Positions 50,102-64,000 of a stretch of 64,000 bases of DNA are shown here, piece after piece; position 1 is the first letter of the stretch, and every line of letters begins with the position of its first letter. The stretch lies in contig NIVC01004014.1 of NCBI GenBank assembly GCA_002269645.1, forward strand, positions 671-64,670, read 5' to 3'. The notes under the pieces were generated by a model. The model was not told the DNA's origin, ran no database searches, and worked only from the letters and a program-made list of their open reading frames with translations. Both the position numbers and the translations under genes were made by a program. Source of the stretch: Macrostomum lignano (Eukaryota).

Positions 50102-53100
50102 ATGGCTAGCAACACCTTTGACGCGGTGTACGCGCAGAGATCAGTCGCGGAGGCCTCCGCTCAGGAGCGGGCAACCCTCGAGGACGTGCTCAGCGAGGAA
50201 AACCTGCCTCTGGAGAGCACTGAGGTGCGGCCACCACCACCGCTGCCCCCGCCGCTGCCCCCGCCGCTGCAGCAGCAGACGGCTCTTGCGGTCAACGGCA
50301 AGGTCGGCAAACGGCGCCCTCTGTTCGGCATTGGCAGCACGAAGAAGTCCGCGGCTGCCAGCCAGGCGGTGAAGCAGCGAATGCTGCACAGCCAGTCCGA
50401 CACCGGCCGGTCCAAGAAGGAAGACAAAAGCAAGCGACAGCGACACACACCCACAAACAATAGCGAAGTGTCCAAGCGAGACTCCCGGGCCCAGTCGGAG
50501 GAGTACATCTTTACAAAGTCTATCGATGTGTAAGCGTTTGCGGGGATCGAAAACACTCGCTATACCCGCCTCCCTTGCACTTACCTCTCTCGTCAGCACC
50601 TATTTTCCTACGTTAACTCACCTCCCCACAATAACCCACCTCCCACAATACCCACCTCCCACAATAACCCACCTCCCCACAATAACCCACCTCCCCACAA
50701 TAACCCACCTCCCACAATAACCCATCTTCCACAATAACGTACCTCCACAATAACCCACCTCCCACAATAACCCACCTCCCCACAATAACCCACTTCCCCA
50801 CAATAACCCACCTCCCCACAATAACACACCTCCCCACAATAACCCACCTCCCCACAATAACCCACCTCCCACAATAACGCACCTCCCCACAATAACCCAC
50901 CTCCCACAATAACCCACCTCCCACAATAACCCACCTCCCACAATAACCCACCTCCCCACAATAACCCACCTCCCCACAATAACCCACCTCCCACAATAAC
51001 CCACCTCCCCACAATAACCCACCTCCCCACAATAACCCATCTACCCACAAAAACCCACCTCCCCAAAATAACCCAACTCCCCAAAATAACACACCTCCCC
51101 ACAATAACCCACCTCCCCACAATAACCCACCTCCCACAATAACGCACCTCCCACAATAACCCACCTCCCACAATAACCCACCTCCCACAATAACCCACCT
51201 CCCACAATAACCCACCTCCCCACAATAACCCACCTCCCCACAATAACCCATCTACCCACAATAACCCACCTCCCCCCAATAACCCAACTCTCAACTAAAG
51301 GCCGAGAGCCCAAAGAAATGCGAGCTATATTAGGCCAATAAATTAACACCTTTGCGAGGTATTTATAACTATTTATTACCACCTTTCTCAACGCCGCCAG
51401 CTCGATGAACAACCCGAACGCCGACTTCGACGAGCTGAAACTTTCGCCATTCTACGAAGGCTACGACACGCGCAACCTGCTAGAGAAGTGGCGCGACCTG
51501 CCTTCCCGGCTGACCATCAATGACTGGGCATTTTTTATTCGCACCACCCGGCGCAGGTCGCAGCGCAGCCAGGTGGACCGTCTGGTCGGCGACGTGTGCG
51601 CCAAGGTGCTGAGCATGCGCGAGATGATGCAATACTCGCTGGACAGCGGCGCCCACTGCCTGCTGTGGGTGAACTCCGGCCTAGCCAGGCGATTTCTGCC
51701 TCGAATGCGCCGGGGCTCGCAAATCCTCGGCCGAGTCCAGGGCGACGTCATCGTGAAGGACAAGCAGAACCTGGCCAGCCTGCTCATCGAGCATCAGTTC
51801 CGCGAGTGGCTTGAGTGGCCGACCCACGTGTGCGTCAACGAGAAAAACGAGGAGATCAAGCGGAACAACCAGCGACTGTGCCGTCACCAGTACATTGTAA
51901 GCGATTGTGAGCCATCATCGCTCATCACTTTCACTGTCTCCATGTTTCACAGGTCATTTGGGTCCTAAAACCCCGTGTTTTAAGACCCCTGCATTTTACA
52001 TGCTCAATGTTTTACAACCCCAATGTTTTACAACCCCTGTGTCTTACAACCCCTGTGTCTTACAACCCCTGTGTCTTACAACCCCTGTGTCTTACAACCT
52101 TTGTATTTCACAAGCCCGTGTTTCACAACCCCTGTGTCTTACAACCCCTGTGTCTTACAACCCTGTGTCTTACAACCCTGTGTCTTACAACCCCTGTGTC
52201 TTACAACCCCTGTGTCTTACAACCCCTGTGTCTTACAACCCCTGTGTCTTACAACCCCTGTGTCTTACAACCCCTGTGTCTTACAACCCCTGTGTCTTAC
52301 GACACCTGTGTCTTACAACCCCTGTATCTTACGAACCCTGTGTCTTACAACCCCCATGTTTTACAACCCCGTGTTTTACAAACCTCTGTGTCTTACAACC
52401 CCTGTGTCTTACGACACCTGTGTCTTACGACACCTGTGTCTTACGACACCTGTGTCTTACAACCCCCATGTTTTACAACCCACGTGTTTTACCGCCACTG
52501 TGTTTCACTACTTAGCAAATATTTTACAAAACGAACGCATGAATCTCAGCGCACCGCCTGACACCAGTTCCTTCTTCACTCTGTTGCTAGGGTCACTACA
52601 TGGGCAAGTGCATCGACGATGACGCTCCCAACTGCCCGAATCATGAGTACTACTTCTGCGAGTGCTTCCGCAAGCACTTCTTTGTGCCCGAGTTTTTCGC
52701 CTTCAGTCACTACTATCTAATGGAGCAGTTTCTCAAGAAATACGAGAGTGAGTTCACCCATTATTAATCTCCTATTGTCACACTCCTACTAGCATTCGTA
52801 GTAGAAGGCTCTCCTAGTATCACTCTTCTTAGATCTGGACCGGTTCCAGTTTAAAGTACAAGCGTAAACCGTCGTCCAAATCCCGCCCTTGCCGAACCCC
52901 AGCGGACATGGAGTTCAAGAAGACGGTCTGGCTGGCCAAGCCCGCCTACCTGACGGGCGGCAAAGGCTTCTTCCTCATCCGGGATGCGATGGATTTCCGC
53001 TATTTCTACCTGGTTCGAAGCGACACCTGCGTCCGGCGCGAGGGCTTCACGCTGCAGCGCTACCTGCCCAGGCCGTGCACGCTGAACAGGCTGAAGGTGG

Positions 53101-55980
53101 ACTGCCGCATGTACCTCATGATCACCGTGCTGAACGGCCGTCGAGTCTGCGGATTCTTCCATCCGGGATTCGCTCGCACCGCGGCCGTACCTTGGACGGT
53201 GAAGTTTGAACAGCTGCACCAGACGAAGATGAGCGGCAACGTGTTCGAGCACATCACCGCGGCCGAGCTCTACAAGCTGAACAACGCGCGGGTGCCGGGC
53301 GAGAGCGAAGAGGACGACGACGACGAGAAGGCGCAGTGCTTCGCCTTCAACGATGCCTGCGAGCAGATTGCCACCGGCGCCAAGAAGGTGAAGAAAGGCG
53401 AAGTGGAAAATGTCCTGCCGTTCGCCGGCGAAGACGCCGATTCCGGCAAATTTCTTGAGAAAGATTTCGACAAATTTCATTGGCGCTTCAAGTACATGAT
53501 TGAGGTGCTGTGCGCCAAGCTCGACCCCATTGTGAGGGACAAGCCGGGAACGTTCCAGATTTTCGGACTGGACATCCTGATCGACTCCGACACTAAGGTT
53601 AGCCACGCATTAGTTTTATTTGTCGTTCGTAGCTGACCGCGTAATAATCTTCTGATTATCTAATAATTGTCCGATTACGTAATGTCTGCTCGATCACGTA
53701 TTAACCGTCTGATTGCTCTCGTCTCAAAACAACGCTGGGTTCGATTCCTGGCTGTCTGAGGAAAACGGAGCCAGTTTTGCTTAACTCGTAGCTCAAAAAA
53801 CTGATTTTCAAACCCTTCAGCCCTGGCTACTCGAAGTGAACTCGCACGTGGCAACAGAGCAGATTTACGATCGCAGCCAGTGCAGAGTTATCTCCAATGT
53901 TGTGACGGAAGCAATCTGCATTGTTGTGGAGTTGTTTCAAAAAGCTTTCGAGGTAATTGTTTTCATTTTTGTCACTGTAGCCGCTTAGTTATAGACACTA
54001 TAAGACACTATAGCTCCCAGCCATAGATACTAGAATTCCTAGCCAAAGACACTAGAACTCCCAGCCATAGACACTAGAATTCCAAGCCATAGACACTAGA
54101 ATTCCCAGGCATAGACACTAGAACTCCCAGCCATAGACACTAGAATTCCAAGTCATAGACACTAGAATTCCCAGCCATAGACACTAGAATTCCCAGGCAT
54201 AGACACTAGAATTCCAAGCCATAGACACTAGAATTCCCAGGCATAGACACTAGAACTCCCAGCCATAGACACTAGAATTCCAAGTCATAGACACTAGAAT
54301 TCCCAGCCATAGACACTAGAACTCCCAGCCATAGACACTAGAACTCCCAGCCATAGACACTAGAAATCCATCCCAGCCATAGACACTAGAACTCCCAGCC
54401 ATAGACACTAGAAATCCATCCCAACCATAGACACTAGAACTCCGAGCCATAGACACTAGAACTCCCAGCCATAGACACTAGAACTCCCAGCCATAGACAC
54501 TAGAACTCGCAGCCAAAGACACTAGAACTCCCAGCCATAGACACTAGAACTCCCAGCCATAGACACTAGAACTCGCAGCCATAGACACTGACCCACCTCA
54601 TCCTAGGAAGAGGCGATCGCCATGGAGATTCAGCAAGGTGAGGCACCGCTCATCAAGCTGACCAGAGCCCAGCGCCTCATGACGGCCAAAGCCGAGCAGG
54701 ACGCTCTCGACAAGCTGGCCGGCCTACTCGAGATGACGGAAATTTCGCAAAGAAAACCGCCAATTTTTTTGCAAAACTTTTTCTGGTGGTACGATACACC
54801 TCGCTACCGATGGATAAAGCCATGGGTTACAAGGAAACGCCGACCTGCCCAGTCAATCCCATGGTACTCGCAGACGTTTATCAATTTAGTTAAACGAAAC
54901 GAGGCCATTGTGAGAAAGAATTTCAAAGCAGACGAGGCTACAGCTTCGCATGACTACATGGACTACTTTAGACACGCTTTCTGGCGGGTGAGTCGCTGTC
55001 GCAGTGTTCAACAGGTTTTCGTTGGTTTAGCACCTATGTTGGAATAGTGGTTGTTGTTAAGAATGGACGCTATAAATATTGTAGAACCCAAAGGTAGGAA
55101 AATTGAGGAGGGGCTGGGCTGGAAACCAGATTTTCCGGCCATAGACACTAGAACTCCCAACCATAGCCACTAGAATTCCCAACCATAGACACTAGAATTC
55201 CCAGCCATAGACACTAGAATTCCCAACCATAGACACTAGAATTCCCAACCATAGACACTAGAACTCCCAACCATAGACACTAGAATTCCCAACCATAGAC
55301 ACTAGAGCTTCCAGCCATAGACACTAGAATTCCCAACCATAGACACTAGAATTCCCAACCATAGACACTAGAACTCCCAACCATAGACACTAGAATTCCC
55401 AACCATAGACACTAGAATTCCCAACCATAGACACTAGAATTCCCAACCATAGACACTAGAGCTTCCAGCCATAGACACTAGAATTCCCAACCATAGACAC
55501 TAGAATTCCCAACCATAGACACTAGAATTCCCAACCATAGACACTAGAATTCCCAACCATAGACACTAGAATTCCCAACCATAGACACTAGAATTCCCAA
55601 CCATAGACACTAGAATTCCCAACCATAGACACTAGAATTCCCAACCATAGACACTAGAATTCCCAGCCATAGACACTAGAATTCCCAGCCATAGACACTG
55701 GAACTCCCAACCATAGACACTAGAATTCCCAGCCATAGACATTAGAGCTTCCAGCCATAGACACTGGAACTCCCAACCATAGACACTAGAATTCCCAGCC
55801 ATAGACACTAGAATTCCCAGCCATAGACTGGTACAACACTACTACTCTCCCGACTCGCAGGAGAAGACGGAGGAAGAGATGAAGGAATTCGAGGAGGAGC
55901 TGCTGAAGCGGGCCGCCAAGGTGCGCAACCCGGGCGGCAGTGCCAACAACGCCAGCGCCACTCCGGACTCGGATTTTTAA
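50102..55980 (+). CDS. TTLL: Tubulin-tyrosine ligase-like (TTLL) protein, 7 exons, about 800 aa
   Basis: Exons: 50102-50529, 51401-51896, 52591-52747, 52903-53597 (the acceptor is the least certain), 53821-53952, 54607-54987, 55861-55980. ATP-grasp motifs: WLAKP...GGKG, QRYL.RP, KVDCRMY, GFAR, FQIFGLDILID...PWLLEVN. Confidence 0.9.
50618..51285. repeat. 18/19-bp minisatellite (CCCACAATAACCCACCTC)n, TTLL intron 1
   Basis: Directly visible. Confidence 0.95.
51990..52480. repeat. 16-bp minisatellite (TGTGTCTTACAACCCC)n, TTLL intron 2
   Basis: Directly visible. Confidence 0.95.
54020..54588. repeat. 22-bp minisatellite (CCATAGACACTAGAACTCCCAG)n, TTLL intron 5
   Basis: Directly visible. Confidence 0.95.
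55137..55828. repeat. 22-bp minisatellite (CCATAGACACTAGAATTCCCAA)n, TTLL intron 6
   Basis: Same family as 54020-54588. Confidence 0.95.
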
Positions 55981-56394
55981 TTCGAACTTCATTTGCCATA
56001 AAAACTGGCTCACTGTTATCATGTAGCAAAGAGCTCCGCTTTCAAAAGAAAATGCGTTGCTAAATTATTTGCATCGCTGTATTTTTATAAATGACTTTGT
56101 CCAAATCATAAATTTTGTTTGAAAGCTAACAGCTATAATTATTTTTGCTATTAGTAAACAATGAATTTACTTCTTACCGCCTGTTTTTGGTTTTTGTATG
56201 ACCATTGAACGAATTGTTCCGAGCCAATATTACACTTGGACTCAATTCGACACTTGAGCAAATACTATCTTTTTATTCGCGGACTAAATTCGTTCTTCAC
56301 ATTGCTGACTTCATTTCTGACAAGATAGTCGGTTTCCAGCCCCAGAATGGCTAGAAATAAGTTGCACATATCAGACGAAGTTGTACCACTAATT

Positions 56395-58290
56395 CTGGAC
56401 CCATCAATCCTGAACCCATCAATCCTGAACTCAGTAACCCTGAACCCATCAATCCTGAACCCATCAATCATGAACCCATCAATCCTGAACCCATCAATCC
56501 TGAACCCATCAATCCTGAACACATCAATCCTGAACTCAGTAATCCTGAACCCATCAATCCTGAACCCATCAATCCTGAACCCATCAATCCTGAACTCAGT
56601 AATCCTGAACCCATCAATCCTGAACCCATCAATCATAAACCCATCAATCCTGAACCCATCAATCCTGAACCCATCAATCCTGAACTCAGTAATCCTGAAC
56701 CCATCAATCCTTAACCCATCAATCCTGAACCCATCAATCCTGAACCCATCAATCCTGAACCCATCAATCCTGAACTCAGTAACCCTGAACCCATCAATCC
56801 TGAACCCATCAACCCTGAACCCATCAATCCTGAACCCATCAATCCTGAACCCATCAATCCTGAACCCATCAATCCTGAACCCATCAACCCTGAACCCATC
56901 AATCCTGAACTCAGTAACCCTGAACCCATCAATTCTGAACTCATTAACCCTGAACCCATCAATCCTGAACTCAGTAACTCTGAACCCATCAACCCTGAAC
57001 CCATCAATCCTGAACCCATCAATACTGAACCCATCAATCCTGAACCCATCAATCCTGAACCCATCAATCCTGAACCCATCAATCCTGAATCCATCAATCC
57101 TGAACCCATCAATCCTGAACCCATCAATCCTGAACTCAGTAACCCTGAACCCATCAACCCTGAACTCATCAATCCTGAACTCAGTAACCCTGAACACATC
57201 AATCCTGAACTCATTAACCCTGAACCCATCAATCCTGAACTCAGTAACCCTGAACCCATCAACCCTGAACCCATCAATCCTGAACCCATCAATCCTGAAC
57301 CCATCAATCCTGAACCCATCAATCCTGAACCCATCAATCCTGAATCCATCAATCCTGAACCCATCAATCCTGAACCCATCAATCCTGAACTCAGTAACCC
57401 TGAACCCATCAACCCTGAACTCATCAATCCTGAACTCAGTAACCCTGAACACATCAATCCTGAACTCATTAACCCTGAACCCATCAATCCTGAACTCAGT
57501 AACCCTGAACCCATCAACCCTGAACCCATCAATCCTGAACCCATCAATCCTGAACCCATCAATCCTGAACTCAGTAAACCTGAACCCATCAATCCTGAAC
57601 CCATCAATCCTGAACTCAGTAACACTGAACCCATCAATTCTGAACTCAGTAACCCTGAACCCAGAGGGGGCCGTAGCCCAGCGGTAGCGCAGCTGCTCTG
57701 GTGTGCCAGCGACCCAGGCTCGATTCCAAGTGCAGTCACATTAATTTGGGGCTGAATTGGAATCTCGGCTTGGCTCTGCTCGTGCAATTAACGGCCTTGA
57801 GAGCCAACCGCCCAAGGCGCAGTGAAGTGTACATGCCTAACGATAAAATAAAGTTAGGGCCGCTGTACACTCCTGTGTGAGTGTGTGCCTGCGTACGTAT
57901 CCGCGCGCTTGTATGCCTGCTCAGGGGAGTCGGCGGAATGGGCAGTAATGCCTCTCGCCGGTTGTGTGCCAATGTCGCTTAAAGTGCGCCAGGGTGCACA
58001 CAACCCCCCTGCCTCTAAAAAAAACCCTGAACCCATCAATCCTGAACCCATCAATCCTGAACCCATCAATCCTGAACCCATCAATCCTGAACCCATCAAT
58101 CCTGAACTCAGTAACCCTGAACCCACCAATCCTGAACCCATCAATCCTGAATCCATCAATCCTGAACTCAGTAACCCTGAACCCACCAATCCTGAACCCA
58201 CCAATCCTGAATCCATCAATCCTGAACCCATCAATCCTGAACTCGGTAACCCTGAACCCACCAATTCTGAACCCATCAATCTTGAACCCT
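56395..58290. repeat. 15-bp satellite (AATCCTGAACCCATC)n interrupted by a SINE
   Basis: Directly visible on both sides of 57664-58022. Confidence 0.95.
57664..58022 (+). mobile_element. Full-length tRNA-derived SINE, family A
   Basis: tRNA-like head (GGCCGTAGCCCAGCGGTAG...GGCTCGATTCC), A-rich tail, and AACCCTGAACCCA on both flanks. Confidence 0.85.
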
Positions 58291-58539
58291 TGAATTATGA
58301 TTAAATAAAATATTATTTATCATAAAATGATTAATATTTATCATAATCATAAAATGATTAAATAATAATAAATAAGGATTAAAAGTGCATCAGAAGAAAA
58401 ATATATTGACATTAATATCTTAATTTGCAGTCGTGAATTTGAATAGGCGATTAGTCAATAGATTTAGCATACAATCTTTTCATTGCCAATGCATTTAATG
58501 TTTCTGTGTCGCGCAGTAAACAGAAGCTGACGCTCAGAC

Positions 58540-58681
58540 ACACAGTTCACACACACACACACACAGACACAGTTCACACACACACACAGTTCACACACAC
58601 ACACAGTTCACACACACACACAGTTCACACACACACACAGAGTTCACACACACACACACACACAGTTCACACACACGCAGT

Positions 58682-58686
<5 letters not shown>
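58540..58686. repeat. (CA)n/CAGTT compound microsatellite
   Basis: Directly visible, in the PACC1-like 3' UTR. Confidence 0.9.
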
Positions 58687-63214
<4,528 letters not shown>

Positions 63215-64000
63215 GACGCAAACTGAGGCTCGAAATATTTATCTGATGATCCTTCAATAAAAAGCAAATGCACAAAGTAAGTAAGCAAGTAATTTTGTAC
63301 GTCAGAATTTTTGCATTAGTTCTCAATAATATAGCTAGATATGTATTTTATCAACATAACTGACTGAGCCAATCAAACTGGATCTCAATCGAAACAGCAG
63401 TGCAGGAGCTCGCAGACTGCCAGCCAATATGGTGCTTGAGAATTTCTCTCATTCGCTGCATCAAATCAGTTGAGTGAATGTTTCGAGATGGGCCTTTCTG
63501 AATGCTCATCGTCCACGTTAGGAGTTTTTGGTGCGAATATAATTACTCAATATAAATTAAAGCGCGTGTTTTAATTTGATTTTTATTTAAGTTTTTTAGT
63601 TTTTATTTTAATAACTTATTAAAAATAAAATTCAATAATATACCCATTTAATATAATGTACAAGAATTTGAGAAATCCTTGTAAGAAAAAATTCTTTAAT
63701 CAAGAATCCCTCTGTGTAAAGTTTTTTCCTTCTAAAAAAACAATGAAAAAGTAACAGTCTAAAAAGCCAAAAAAATGAAGTTTAAATTGGCATTTTCATC
63801 TACCCAATCATTCAGATTTTCAAAAAAATTTTTTTGATGTTTGAAAATTTAGCAAAAATATTCAAGATAATTTAAATGTGGCTTCCTCTGTGCCAACTGA
63901 AAAAATTATTTTCTATTCTGCTACTATAATTTTGTTCTTTTCCATCGAGATTTATATTAAATCTAACTTTTGTCGAACTCATTATGTTAGGCAAAAAATC

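Noticed and set aside
52833-52902. Upstream acceptor at 52832 for TTLL exon 4
   Set aside because: It is phase 0, while the preceding exon ends in phase 1. The acceptor at 52902 restores frame and family-like spacing.

Overview
Intron-rich, repeat-dense animal genomic DNA, not prokaryotic. The GC-rich exons, short introns and minisatellites in almost every intron fit a free-living flatworm such as Macrostomum (inference only). Nine protein-coding genes could be assembled by reading splice sites and phases. On the + strand: an MTFR/FAM54-family gene, an HMG20-like coiled-coil gene with no visible HMG box, a secreted WSC+PAN/apple-like protein, an intronless Shaker/Kv1 channel, an orphan type I membrane protein and a 7-exon TTLL-family tubulin ligase. 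On the - strand: HDHD5/CECR5 (9 exons), FAM78 (5 exons) and a 7-exon homologue of the proton-activated chloride channel PACC1/TMEM206. The rest is mostly micro/minisatellite, two tRNA-derived SINE families, a truncated Ty3/Gypsy-like LTR element, an internally deleted mariner and MITEs. The top finding is the invertebrate PACC1 homologue, which the ORF track misses because of introns and three 1-nt deletions. Next are the Kv1 channel lacking one S4 R-x-x triplet, the HMG-box-less HMG20-like gene, and a 1-kb satellite sitting directly on the HDHD5 intron-1 acceptor. Family calls rest on motif recall from memory, not on database searches.
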